64,000 nt of DNA, from IMG/VR virus record IMGVR_UViG_3300035698_022190, positions 1 through 64,000 of that record; one strand, 5' to 3'. Positions 29,389 through 40,300 of this stretch are shown here, one piece after another. The number at the start of each line of letters is the position of its first letter. Positions within the stretch are counted from its first letter, which is position 1. Both the position numbers and the translations under genes were made by a program. A model generated the notes under the pieces. The model saw only the letters and a list, made by a program, of their open reading frames with translations. It was not told where the DNA came from and made no database searches.

Positions 29389-30144
29389 TTAACTTAGTAA
29401 CAAAGGTTCAGTCGTCGGAGCAATAATAAATTTATTTTTGATCGTCGGAAACCGTTGTTTTAATTGAGTTTGTAGAAGTTCTGGAGAATTGGTTCTTGGA
29501 GACAAATGACCTAAGAGGACCCATTTAACTGTTTTTAAATTGATAAATTCTTCAATGAAGTCAAGGGTTTGTTGGTTGCTCATGTGGCCCCACGGACTGT
29601 CTACTCTTTCTTTATGTTCTTGCACATAATCTTCGTAATTCCAAAGAGATTGGTAGTCATAATCTGCTTCTAAAAAGTATGCGTCACAGTCTTTCAAAGC
29701 GTTCACCATAATAGGGCTAAAGCTTCCGCTGTCAGCCATCATACCAAGTTTTTTCTTGGTTGATTTTTCATAAATAGTAAAGCCGTTACTTGCCTGTGAA
29801 TCATGCCTTGTGCTAAAAGCGCTTATCTTAAAGTCTCCTATTTCTATAGTGTCTCCGCCTTCCATATAATTAATGACGCAGTTTTTAAACTTTGCTTCTT
29901 TAATTAAATAAGAGGCTTGTGGCATATAGATAGGACACTGAACTTTTCTTCCTAAAACTCCTGCCCCTGCGATATGGTCGCCATGCTCGTGTGTAATAAA
30001 TAAGGCATCTGGTTCTAATTCTTCAGCTGCAGCCACGGTTAATTTTTTATAACTAACCCCCGCATCAATTAAAATAGACGTTTTATTATTATATATTAAG
30101 CATGCGTTTCCCTGTGAGGAGCTGTATAAAGAATGTATATACAT
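29389..30144 (-). CDS. MBL-fold metallo-hydrolase (YycJ/WalJ-like nuclease)
   Basis: SSSQGNA, IDAG, THEHGDH, GHMSN and GHLS motifs. Confidence 0.85.
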   Translation of the reverse strand: MYIHSLYSSSQGNACLIYNNKTSILIDAGVSYKKLTVAAAEELEPDALFITHEHGDHIAGAGVLGRKVQCPIYMPQASYLIKEAKFKNCVINYMEGGDTIEIGDFKISAFSTRHDSQASNGFTIYEKSTKKKLGMMADSGSFSPIMVNALKDCDAYFLEADYDYQSLWNYEDYVQEHKERVDSPWGHMSNQQTLDFIEEFINLKTVKWVLLGHLSPRTNSPELLQTQLKQRFPTIKNKFIIAPTTEPLLLS

Positions 30145-32876
30145 TAGAGAAATTCTGGTTTTATTCTTAAGACTTTTACGCTTTTACCGTTCATTTTACG
30201 AACTACGCAGTCTTTATCATATAGTTTTTCGTTGTCTGCTAATTCAGAAATAACCGCTTTCCTAGCATGTGATAATTGTCCCTCTGCTGAAGACCTAAGA
30301 AAACTTTGGACTTCTTTGAAGGCAGTTGTGGCTAAGATATGAGGAACTTCATCATCAGGATTTTCATCTATCCGGGTGTAATATCCCACAACCGGTACAC
30401 GTAAATCGTCCTCAATGTCTGTTGTTTTGCCCGACTGTAGTCTAACCTTGCCTGTTGTAAGTAGTTCTTGTAAAATCATTAAGAACCTTTCTGAGGCTAG
30501 CTCCGATGAAGCTTCAGTTATAATTGAAAGCAACTGAACTTCAAGCATTGCGTTAAATCGGTCTATCTCTTGTTTTGCATCACGCGGTGTCCATAAAAAC
30601 TCTGCTACTGATTGAAAGCTTGTAGCCAATAGAGCTATATTACGGGCAACGCGAACATCATTGGATGAGCCTTCCACTTTTGGATAAAAGTTATTAATAT
30701 GGTCATCCAGCGTTTTATGTAACATAATAGGATTAAACGACAGCGCCTTATGTATGTAACGTGCCGTAAAGCCTGAATACAAATGTTTCATATTCATTAC
30801 TCTTCGTCCCCGTACTAAATCTTTAGAAGACATTTTAAAAGTAATTGGAACCATTCGTGCTAAATTAGAAGCTTCTCCGCCAGGGGTGTCTTCGCCGGTT
30901 GAGGCTATCCACCCACGTACTACATACGTTGGGGCTGTTTCTAATGTTTGCGTCATACGAGAACGAGCCGTATTATCAGCAAAGTTCTGCAGTAAGGTTA
31001 ACGCCGCACTTTCTGCACTTTGTTTTCCAAACATACGTTTTTTAAAGTCATCAATTAAGAATAAAGCATCTTTAAAGAAGTATCCGATACGTCCTAGCAC
31101 GTTAGCTGTAGAACTCCATGAAGCTATAGATTCAAAGTCACCAAAGAAGTTTTGAAAAGCTGCCATAATATATGACTTACCCTTACCAGATTCACCGCGA
31201 ACAAAGAATGAAAAACGTGTTTTGTCTCCCTTTATAAATGGAAAGATAATACCTAAAAAGGTATAGGCTAGTGCCATTCGCGTCATTTCATAATTTCCTA
31301 AATTAAGTAAATCTTCTTTTATATGAGTCTTTAAATCTTCAAACTCTTCGTCCGTAATAATTTGTAAGTCTAAGGAACTTGCGAACTCTTCGCCTGATAA
31401 ATCAACTTCAATATCGTCGTTTTTTTGAACACCTTTATTACTTATTAAAACAGAAGGAGATCTATATACATCGGGGTAAACAAGGTCTGGGTCTGTTTTA
31501 TCATACCCAAATTGTTTCAATACAATAATTTCCTTAGTCTTTGAAAACTTATTTATAGCATGCCTAATTGTATTAATATTATCAATTAGTAAACCGTCTG
31601 GTCCTAATATTTGATATATTACTGCCTTAAACTTGTTATCATCTACATAGTCTTCATGATTAATTTGAAACCCTGTTTCAAAACCATCTTTCTGTAAAGT
31701 ACCTTTATATACATCAATGTGCTGAATACCGTCACTCACTTTTAAACGCTCATTTAACTGCATATGAAACGATGAAATTTGACGAGTAATGGTATGTCCT
31801 TTTTGAGTGTTTATGTGCTCATAATAACAATTACCATTTTTAAACAAAAAGTCAAGTTTATTAGTAGCATTTACATCAGCTGTTGTCTCTTTTGTTTTCC
31901 AATGATAAAAAGCAATAGGACTCTTTCCTGCACCAATTTCGGCACAAGTTTTTGGACAGATATTATCATATTTAGAATCTTGTAATTTTTCGCAAGTGAT
32001 GGGACAGTAGCCTGTTCCTCCATCATCATTGTCGCGAATCTTTCCCTTCATATGGTTGATAGAATCCATTGTTTTTTGAGCACTATAGTTTTTCATTTTC
32101 TTAAAAAACTGCTCAACAATAAACTCTTCTCCGCCCTCAGTATTTAAAAACAAATACCCTAAGACTTCTCTAAAGAAATTAGGCGCTTCCCGTGCATCTA
32201 AGCACCTGTCCCATGTTGTTTTAATAGCAGAACATCTGTGTAAAATATCTAAATAAGGCTCATTAATTTGTTTTAGATCCTGTAAGATGGAATACTCTAC
32301 TACAGTTAAATCAATAGGGTCTATGAAATTGCTAAATGCTTTCGCTTTGTGGTGATATCCTGCAGGACCTTTTACAAGGCTTCCTAAGTTTGTTTTGGAA
32401 ATCTTTCCTTGTTTTGGAAAAAGTTCCCAAGCAATTCCTTCATCTACAGCAGTCATGTCTTTAAAAATAGTATCTAAACCTTTTTTGACTGTAGTGGCAC
32501 TTACAGGTTTATCAAAAAAGATCCAAACGTGATATCCCTTAAACCCAGAAAACTCAATATATGAGGCCATGCCATGTTGTTTAAATAAATTTTTAACAAT
32601 GTTTGCTTGCTGCAGAAGACGCTCTTTCCAAACTTCTAATTTGAAACCATCCGCGGAATATACGTTTTTTGTAATATCAATATCGACAACGGCCCATTTA
32701 ACTGTGCTTTCTAAATCCAGTTGATAGAGCCCGATAGTTTGACGTCCCTGTAGATGCGCATCAATTACTGTATCATCAATTTGTGCCTTCTCCGGATTGT
32801 ATGTCCCGTTAGGACGCTGTATAGCATAAACATCATCACGATGCACAAAAAGTTTTTTAAAAGTTTTTACGTCCAT
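30144..32876 (-). CDS. AEP primase fused to a P-loop helicase
   Basis: VDID and FSGFKGYHVWIFF AEP motifs; Cys cluster CPITC..CPKTC; Walker A GESGKGKS; Walker B FLIDD. Confidence 0.8.
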   Translation of the reverse strand: MDVKTFKKLFVHRDDVYAIQRPNGTYNPEKAQIDDTVIDAHLQGRQTIGLYQLDLESTVKWAVVDIDITKNVYSADGFKLEVWKERLLQQANIVKNLFKQHGMASYIEFSGFKGYHVWIFFDKPVSATTVKKGLDTIFKDMTAVDEGIAWELFPKQGKISKTNLGSLVKGPAGYHHKAKAFSNFIDPIDLTVVEYSILQDLKQINEPYLDILHRCSAIKTTWDRCLDAREAPNFFREVLGYLFLNTEGGEEFIVEQFFKKMKNYSAQKTMDSINHMKGKIRDNDDGGTGYCPITCEKLQDSKYDNICPKTCAEIGAGKSPIAFYHWKTKETTADVNATNKLDFLFKNGNCYYEHINTQKGHTITRQISSFHMQLNERLKVSDGIQHIDVYKGTLQKDGFETGFQINHEDYVDDNKFKAVIYQILGPDGLLIDNINTIRHAINKFSKTKEIIVLKQFGYDKTDPDLVYPDVYRSPSVLISNKGVQKNDDIEVDLSGEEFASSLDLQIITDEEFEDLKTHIKEDLLNLGNYEMTRMALAYTFLGIIFPFIKGDKTRFSFFVRGESGKGKSYIMAAFQNFFGDFESIASWSSTANVLGRIGYFFKDALFLIDDFKKRMFGKQSAESAALTLLQNFADNTARSRMTQTLETAPTYVVRGWIASTGEDTPGGEASNLARMVPITFKMSSKDLVRGRRVMNMKHLYSGFTARYIHKALSFNPIMLHKTLDDHINNFYPKVEGSSNDVRVARNIALLATSFQSVAEFLWTPRDAKQEIDRFNAMLEVQLLSIITEASSELASERFLMILQELLTTGKVRLQSGKTTDIEDDLRVPVVGYYTRIDENPDDEVPHILATTAFKEVQSFLRSSAEGQLSHARKAVISELADNEKLYDKDCVVRKMNGKSVKVLRIKPEFL

Positions 32877-32882
32877 AAGTTA

Positions 32883-33260
32883 TTATTTGATATTAATTTC
32901 ATGCCATTCCACTTTCTTATCTACAACAAGTTTGCGAATGTCACGTTGTTTTTTAGTTAGCCTAGCATTGCCAGACTTTATTTCTACAAAAGTTATTTTT
33001 TTATCACCAAAGACCATATAGTCTATGGGCATCCCTAAAAAAGTAGACTGCCTTGGATTATAAGGGAAGTCCTTTAAAAAAGGGGCCACTTTTTCAGTGA
33101 CGTGTCCTAGTAAAACTTCACTAGATTTTTTTTGGCTTAGTAATTTACTATACTTTTCGCTAGCATTTCTTTGTATTTTAAGCAAAGCACCAAATAGCCC
33201 AATTACCATTGCCAGTAATCCTAAAAATAAAATAAGACCCGTTGTTGTTAAGGGTTCCAT
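32883..33260 (-). CDS. Holliday-junction-resolvase-like PD-(D/E)XK endonuclease with N-terminal TM
   Basis: EKVAPFL..F.FLGMPIDY..F....FVEIKSG...LT..Q pattern. Confidence 0.8.
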   Translation of the reverse strand: MEPLTTTGLILFLGLLAMVIGLFGALLKIQRNASEKYSKLLSQKKSSEVLLGHVTEKVAPFLKDFPYNPRQSTFLGMPIDYMVFGDKKITFVEIKSGNARLTKKQRDIRKLVVDKKVEWHEINIK

Positions 33261-33646
33261 TATAGTTCCTCTTCATTAATAAGTGATCCGTCAGTACCAA
33301 AAACTTTTCCTACCCAGTCTGAAACAAGCCCAATACTCTGATATTTTGATTGGAATTTATGTTTATCGCAGGTATTTGTGGTGTGGGAGTGTAGCCAATT
33401 AGTCTTTATATCATGTATATCGTAGCTTTCTCCGCCCTTGGTGTTTATGGCACGCTCTTTAGCAAAAGGTTGCTTACAGTAGCCTCGCCTGGTTTTTCCG
33501 GGTTCGTACCAAAAGAATTTACAATTTCCGCAACACCTAATTATTCGATAGTTAGGTCTTGCGGGAATTTTTTCTTCTTCTATTTCGTGCTCGTCTAAAT
33601 TACTGTTTTTTAAAAAATCAAAGTCATAAGGAGATTTTTTTGTCAT
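33260..33646 (-). CDS. Cys-rich hypothetical protein
   Basis: CCGNCKF..GYC..TCDKH motif. Confidence 0.6.
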   Translation of the reverse strand: MTKKSPYDFDFLKNSNLDEHEIEEEKIPARPNYRIIRCCGNCKFFWYEPGKTRRGYCKQPFAKERAINTKGGESYDIHDIKTNWLHSHTTNTCDKHKFQSKYQSIGLVSDWVGKVFGTDGSLINEEEL

Positions 33647-33668
33647 AAAATTTTATTGGTTATACTTA

Positions 33669-33697
33669 AGTATAAAACTAATTGAACCGAAATCCAA
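33669..33697 (-). promoter_or_regulatory. Promoter TTGGAT-N17-TATACT
   Basis: Intergenic, 17-nt spacer; same -35 as 36452. Confidence 0.55.
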
Positions 33698-33702
33698 TTA
33701 GT

Positions 33703-34302
33703 TTATATATGTTTTCCCAACAAATGGTCCATTTCATGTTGCACTATTTGTGGATGGTTACCCTGTATCTCCCGTAAATGTGTTGTCTGCACATTATAAT
33801 GATCTTCAGGCTGCCATTCCATAACTACATTTTTTCCTCGAGAAACTTTTTTTTCTTTCCCAGGAACACTTAAGCATGCCTCAACACGCCTTAAAGTTTT
33901 ACCGGTAGGCTTTACAACTGGATTTAAAATAGCTTTCCAATTCCACTGCCTAGCTTGAGAAGCGTCCGGCCACCTCATTATAAAAACGGCCGGAGGGGGT
34001 GTATTTGGGGGCAAATCATAGTTTTCAGCAACCCATATTTGGTTAGATGCAAGACCCAAACAATTATCGGCTATTGCTTCTGCAGTGTCTTTTAAATCTT
34101 GTATTAAGTCAACAACATATTTTAACCAAGGTTGCTCCGCTTCAGGTTGCTCTTCTACTTCCTCTTTTAGCTCAACAACACTTGTTAAACTGTCACTGAT
34201 AACTTTTTTTGGTTCCTTAGTTTTATCTAACAAGATTGGAACACAACCAGAAGCTCTCTGGGTTAATACTGGTTCATTGTTAGTATGTATTGTGCGTATC
34301 AT
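33703..34302 (-). CDS. def: Peptide deformylase
   Basis: GLASNQI, EACLSVPG and QHEMDHL motifs. Confidence 0.88.
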   Translation of the reverse strand: MIRTIHTNNEPVLTQRASGCVPILLDKTKEPKKVISDSLTSVVELKEEVEEQPEAEQPWLKYVVDLIQDLKDTAEAIADNCLGLASNQIWVAENYDLPPNTPPPAVFIMRWPDASQARQWNWKAILNPVVKPTGKTLRRVEACLSVPGKEKKVSRGKNVVMEWQPEDHYNVQTTHLREIQGNHPQIVQHEMDHLLGKHI

Positions 34303-34310
34303 TTTTTTTC

Positions 34311-34994
34311 CTATTTAGTTTTTAAATTTTTGTGGCCACGATTTACTCTTTCTTTTGAAATTATTAAAGCTTCGTCGAACTTTGCTTTCTTTCTTGATAA
34401 ATATATTGTTGCGTCTTTGTATAAATAGTGGTGTATGTTTATGATTGATTTTGTTTGGGTTGTTTGAAGTTTATAACCATTTTTATTAGTTATATATTGA
34501 ACAATGGTTCCAGAAATTTTTAAATGTTGTTTTAACCACTGTAGCATTTCTAAAGTTCCTAATATAGTAAAATGACAAGATTTTCGTTTATATTTTAGTG
34601 TTGTTTGGTATATAGATATACATCCGTCACCATCAAAATATCCTCGAATAAAGTGCCTAATTAAGCTTTTTGGGACCCCTACAGGGGGCTTTAATATAAG
34701 TGATTTTGCTGGAACACATCCATGTTGGATAAGGTCTTGTTTTAATTTATAATTGTCTGGTCCTATACGTACTGAATCATAAGGCTTTGTATATCTACTG
34801 ATATTATTGGTTAACTTTAAATCTTTTTTAAAAGCTTTTAAGTGCTCAATATCTTGACTTTGGATTTGCAATACTACCTGATTTCTTGTTTTACTAACAT
34901 TGCCGTCTGCAAACATAAAACCTAAATGATATGCTTTGTTTTCTGTGTTTATGTTGTCAAAGAAATTATTATCTTTGTTCATTTTAAATACCAT
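34311..34994 (-). CDS. Free-standing LAGLIDADG homing endonuclease
   Basis: AYHLGFMFADG and HFIRGYFDGDGCI motifs; LSRK C-terminus. Confidence 0.85.
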   Translation of the reverse strand: MVFKMNKDNNFFDNINTENKAYHLGFMFADGNVSKTRNQVVLQIQSQDIEHLKAFKKDLKLTNNISRYTKPYDSVRIGPDNYKLKQDLIQHGCVPAKSLILKPPVGVPKSLIRHFIRGYFDGDGCISIYQTTLKYKRKSCHFTILGTLEMLQWLKQHLKISGTIVQYITNKNGYKLQTTQTKSIINIHHYLYKDATIYLSRKKAKFDEALIISKERVNRGHKNLKTK

Positions 34995-35006
34995 TTAGGC
35001 TTAGTG

Positions 35007-36374
35007 TTAAAGTTTCTTAAAAATTCTTTTTCGTTGGTAGCCCTGCACTTTTAACAGGCCCACTCTTGGGTCAACAAAGTCTACAATTGTAGCAGATGTT
35101 TTGCCTTTTGCCATGCGCATTAAACGTCCCGCTGCTTGCCTTAACTTTATTTCTGATCGTATAGGTGCGGCTAAAAATAAAACCTCTAGTTTGGGAAGGT
35201 CGATTCCAACTGCAAATAAACCATACGTGGATACTACTATAGTTTTTTTACCTTCCTGTAAATCTTTCATTGCCTGTAATCGGTCTTTTTTCTTCATTTG
35301 CGAATGAAGAAAGACTGCCTGTTCACCAAGATGTTTTGCCAAATATTCAACCTGGCTCCGTCTATTACACAAAAAAACTGTTGTTTTTCCTTTATAATCG
35401 GTTTGAAATGTTTTTAAAATTAAAGCATTTCTAGGCTCATCAATAGATAAGTCATTAATCAATTGAATATACTCTTGCGATGATATTAGGGGAAAATAGT
35501 AAGGTGTGTTTATGTAACGTACGTCAGGCGTTATTAAGACGTCTTTTAGTTTGCTTTTTTCTACAGTGTGTATCTTCGGTCCGGACGCAAAATGAATAAC
35601 TTTCGTTAATCCATCCTCACGTTTGGGCGTAGCACTAAATCCATATTTATACTTTGCATTTAAGTGTGACACTGTTTTATACCAAGTGTTAGCTGCGACG
35701 ATATGAATCTCATCACCTATAATTTGTCCGATTATACCATTCAATAAACTAAAACGATTTTTTTCCATTTTAGCTAAGGTTTGGTGTAATCCGACGGTGA
35801 TTGGTTTTACTTCAAATCGTCCATCGCCGATAAAACCAATGTCGTCTTTTTCTATGTTTGTAAACTTTTCAAAAGCTGCGATCGTTTGGTTTGCCAGTTC
35901 AAGTGTATGTACTAGTATAAGAGTGGGCTCTTTACGTAGTAAAGTTAAAGCTACAAAAGTAATGGTTTTGCCACTACCCGTCATTGCCTCTACAACCCCC
36001 ATATCTGTTGCCATACAACTGTCTACTATTTCTTGTTGATAGTCACGGAGTTTTCCTTTGAACTTCAACTTAGAAAAATAGTCAGGTTTCTTATTAGATA
36101 CTCGCTGATCCATTATATCTTTCTCGGTAATCTTGTTTCCATGTTTTCGTAAGATGTCAATGACTTCTGACAAAGCTCCTATAGGAACTTCGATGGTTAT
36201 GTCACTTGTTTGTTCGTAATATTCAAGATCTTGTGGGATATCCCAGGTTGAAAGTCCCAAATCCATTTTTTTAAAAAAGAGAGGATTACTTACAGTCAAG
36301 TATTTACATAGAGCCACCATGCCATCTTCATTTACACCGGTGATTATTGCACTGTTCTTTAATACGATTAACAT
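35007..36374 (-). CDS. SF2 DEAD/DEAH-box DNA helicase (UvsW/ResIII-like)
   Basis: LRDYQ, TGSGKT, DEIH, SATP, GIDLP and QAAGRLMR motifs. Confidence 0.9.
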   Translation of the reverse strand: MLIVLKNSAIITGVNEDGMVALCKYLTVSNPLFFKKMDLGLSTWDIPQDLEYYEQTSDITIEVPIGALSEVIDILRKHGNKITEKDIMDQRVSNKKPDYFSKLKFKGKLRDYQQEIVDSCMATDMGVVEAMTGSGKTITFVALTLLRKEPTLILVHTLELANQTIAAFEKFTNIEKDDIGFIGDGRFEVKPITVGLHQTLAKMEKNRFSLLNGIIGQIIGDEIHIVAANTWYKTVSHLNAKYKYGFSATPKREDGLTKVIHFASGPKIHTVEKSKLKDVLITPDVRYINTPYYFPLISSQEYIQLINDLSIDEPRNALILKTFQTDYKGKTTVFLCNRRSQVEYLAKHLGEQAVFLHSQMKKKDRLQAMKDLQEGKKTIVVSTYGLFAVGIDLPKLEVLFLAAPIRSEIKLRQAAGRLMRMAKGKTSATIVDFVDPRVGLLKVQGYQRKRIFKKL

Positions 36375-36451
36375 AGGTGTTTATGATTTATTATTTAAAA
36401 ACGTGGGCTTATTAAGCTTTTTTCTTATACCAAAAAACAGAAAGATTCTCA

Positions 36452-36480
36452 TTGGATGTTCCCCTAATTTATGTTATATT
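36452..36480 (+). promoter_or_regulatory. Promoter TTGGAT-N17-TATATT for the tail operon
   Basis: Lies in the divergent intergenic region; 17-nt spacer. Confidence 0.6.
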
Positions 36481-36532
36481 TAAAGTAGATACTTAATATA
36501 CTAAACATTTTAAAATAAACCAAATTAAAAAA

Positions 36533-36988
36533 ATGCCCGAAGACAAAAAAAACGCTCCCGAACCTTTACAAGTTAATGTAAAAGTTACAGATGAGCAAAA
36601 AAATAAAATTCTTGAAGAGTTATTTACAAATGGATATACAACCATAGATTTTGAAGTTATACCTGGGAAAGTTTCAGTAACACTAAAAAGTTTAAGCGCT
36701 GCAGACCAAATGACCGTCGAACGTTTTATGAGTGATCTTCAAGGTAGCACCACCTTTATCTTACATGCTTATACTATAGAAGTATTAGCGTGTACTATGT
36801 TAAAATATGGGGATAGTGAATTTAAACAAGTCGCAGATGCTAAGCAGTTCCTAGAAAAATTACCAAGCATAGTTTTAGACAAATTAATTAAAATTCAAAA
36901 CTCTTTTGAACAACAATTAAGATCCGTTTTACAGTTCGAAGAAATCAATAACTATTTTTTCGAAACACCCTCAACGCAGAAAAAGTAA
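36533..36988 (+). CDS. Tail assembly chaperone (gpG-like)
   Basis: Upstream of the tape measure; slippery T TTT TTC at 36955-36961 near its end. Confidence 0.7.
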   Translation: MPEDKKNAPEPLQVNVKVTDEQKNKILEELFTNGYTTIDFEVIPGKVSVTLKSLSAADQMTVERFMSDLQGSTTFILHAYTIEVLACTMLKYGDSEFKQVADAKQFLEKLPSIVLDKLIKIQNSFEQQLRSVLQFEEINNYFFETPSTQKK

Positions 36989-37383
36989 GAGCCGCAATTA
37001 AGGGAGTAGATTTAGGTACTTCCGGTAGTTTGAGGGAAGCTGTAATTTTAAAAGCGTTAGCCTTTGATAGAAAATTAGATTTTTTAAAAACGATTTTGGT
37101 AGCTCAGGCTGCTACTTTAGACACTTCGTCACAAGATCAAATAGATAATTATAAAAAAGTTATTCAAGAATTTGAGGATACCTTTTATTATAAGCTTACA
37201 AATGTTGTTGCTACACAAGGTAAGCCTGCACAGAAAGGAGAAATTACTCCAGAGTTACTTGGAAAGTATGTGGGTAAAAACCGAGGTAAAATGAAAAAAC
37301 TGACTTTCACAACTGGTAAGAAATTTACCCAAGATGTAAAAGAGACAAGTCTAACTGATTTAGCAAAACAAAGAATGAAATAG
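36955..37383 (+). CDS. Tail assembly chaperone -1 frameshift extension (gpGT-like)
   Basis: The -1 frame opens after TAA 36949 and runs from the slippery site (FRNTLNAEKVRAAIKG...) through the 37030-37383 ORF. Confidence 0.75.
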   Translation, partial: FFRNTLNAEKVRAAIKGVDLGTSGSLREAVILKALAFDRKLDFLKTILVAQAATLDTSSQDQIDNYKKVIQEFEDTFYYKLTNVVATQGKPAQKGEITPELLGKYVGKNRGKMKKLTFTTGKKFTQDVKETSLTDLAKQRMK

Positions 37384-37392
37384 GAAATTTAA

Positions 37393-40300
37393 ATGGCTGA
37401 AGAAACCCTAAAATATCGTGTAGAGATTGACTCTTCTGATGTTGGTGCTCAATTAGATCAAATCAGAAATCAAATAGATTCCGCTGTTGGTGCAAGTGCT
37501 GCTTCAGCTGTTGCTCCTCCAGGCCTATCTCAATTTTTAGGAGCAGGTTTTACTCCAGCTTTAGATGGAAGTTTTGCCTCCCCAGATTTAACAGGACGAA
37601 TAAGTTCTGGTATGACCAAAACTCTAGACTTCTTAGAAAGAACAAGCGAACGAGCACAGCTTGGATACTCTAGATTTGTCGATGATGCTAGACGTGTAGG
37701 TCTTTTATCTTCTCCTGATTTTTCACTTTATTCTCCACCACCAAGTGCGGCACAGTCCCAGCTTAACCAAGGTATAACTGGTAATGTTGGGGGTATGTTC
37801 GGATTTGGGTATGATGCTAGGGGATCATTAACTGTAGGCGAATTTAAAAGCATGTCTGCGAGCAGTTTAGCTGGCTTTGCTGGTGATTTGGCCGGCACAG
37901 CTCCAGCAACAATAATAGGGTCCACATTAGCGATGGCTACGCCCTTAGGTTGGGGGACTGTAGGGCTCAGTTTCGGTGCGGACATAGTCGGCGGAATATT
38001 AGCAGGTAATGCAAAGGACCGCAACGCTTTTGCAGAAAGTTTACAAACATTTACTGATCCTATTTTCGGGGGAATGAATCGAAGCACTTCTCGAAACGTA
38101 GCCGAAAATTTAATAGCTCGTACAAAGTCCTATGACGGTTACCTGCAAGGAATGGGAATGAATGATGTTGAAGAAATTATGGCTACTTTCGGAAAAGCTG
38201 GTGGCTATAGTGGTGTAGGAAATGCTCAAGAATTTCAACAAAGAACAAACGAAGTTTTAGACAATGTTAGACAGGTAGCGCATTCTTTAAATGTTTTTCA
38301 AGAAGAGGCTGCACAAATTATGGGTGAGCTTCAACAACGTGGTATTACTTCAGGCGGAAGTATGGGCGGTTTTGCTGCTAAGCAACAAATAGGAGGATCC
38401 ATGGTAGGTATGACCGGAATGGAATTTATCCAAGCTGGTTTACAGGGAGCTCAAATGGTTCAAGGAACAGGAATTGGAGCTACAAATGGTTTTAATATGG
38501 TACAGGGGGCCCTACTAAATGTAGGGGCTGTGCAACAAATGCCCGGTGGAGCTCAACTAGTTAATGACATGGGAGGACAAAACGCCGCCGCTCTTGCCGC
38601 AACTGAAAATGTTTTGCGCCATATGCAAGGTAGTCTTGGACTAGTTAAAACGGCAGGTGTTCTGGGGGGAGGAGACTTCTTTGAGGGCAACGTAACCAAC
38701 CAATTATTAAATGCCGCAACATTTTTTGATGCAGACCCATTAAATTACTTTAGAGCAGTGGGGATGCAAGGGCAGGCAACCGGAACTTTAGGTAGTATGT
38801 ACGGCACACAAGGCATGCAAATAAATATGGTAAACAGTGCTGTGGAAAGAATGCGACAGATGGGGATGATAGCCCCAGGACAAAAAGTGGACAGTACTAT
38901 CTTACAAGGATTTATGCCCGATCTTTATGGTGGTTCGGTTAATGACTCTGCTTTAGCAATACAAGGGGCTTTTCAAGACCCAATGATGGCACGAGCTCGA
39001 ATATTAGAAGGAACAATAGATCAAATCGAAGCAGAAAATGCTTATAGTCCCTGACGAAGGGGTATAGCTTCTTTAAGATCTAATATATCGTCTGTATGAG
39101 GATCTGCAACATATGGTTTCGGCGATGTTCATACAAGACTTCAAGATTTTGGACATGATGTAGTTCAAAAAGAATTGGATTCCTGAAGAGGAAAAACAAC
39201 AACTTCATACAGTGGTGTAAGTGACGGAATCAAATTAATAACTCCTGATGTATCTCAAAGAGCTACTAATGCCGATCTGACAAACCAAGGACGAGAGTAT
39301 TTAGACAACTTAGGAAGAGGCAAAAGTGCACATCTTTACAGAGGAATGGAACGCACTGTAGGTGGTATGATGGCTGAGGGAGGTAATTTAGCAGACTTGC
39401 GCACATTAAATCCTTTAATTATGGACGCAATGTTATATATGCGCGAACCGGCTGAAGTCGCTGGGCAGCTCGCAGAGGATTATATTCTCGGAGAATCACT
39501 TAATTTAACGGGCGATCCTTTGGCAAAAGCCAATCGAGAATATTTAAGACTAAATAATATATGATCTGAAGATAAAACAGGTTTTTTACAAACTAATCCA
39601 GGCGAAAGTCCTTATGACACCTTTGCACAAACGCAGTATGGGGTCGATTCCTATGAGCAATTAGAGGGATGGCAAGCACAAGCCATGCACCAAATGTTCC
39701 GAAATAAAAAACAAGATTTTCATGTTCCTGATAAAGCTTTAAAAAGTATGAGTGCTACAGTGTCTCTCGAAGAAATTGACTTTGGTAATTGGGAAAGCAG
39801 TAAAAACGATTTTTATGAAAGACTAGGCGGTAGTAAGCGTAAAGCGAAACGATTTACTAGAAAGATGGAAGGTATGCCAGGCACTTATTTAGAAAACCTT
39901 GACGCTATACTTTTAGATAAGAATTCTAATGATTATGAATTAGATGCCGCTCAAAATGCAAAAGATGATATTGCTTTCTTCGAAAAGGATTATAATCAAT
40001 TTATTTCAGCAAGAGAGTCTACCAAAATAAAAGACGCAACAATGCAGGAAATACGTTCGTTAGAGCAAAAACTTGGTAAGGATGCCAGCCCTAATATGAT
40101 TAGTGCTGTAATTAGTAGACAAATGGAAGCGGCTAGAAATGGCGAAACAGTTCAGTCACAGGTTCTTTATGGATCAAACTTAACAGCAGCAAAAATAGAA
40201 TTTGATGCAGCAAACGTAGAAGGCCTGTTCGGAGAAGACTTTGATAAATTATATGAAAAGTATGCTGAGACCTTATCTAACGTAGAACTAAAAGATATTA

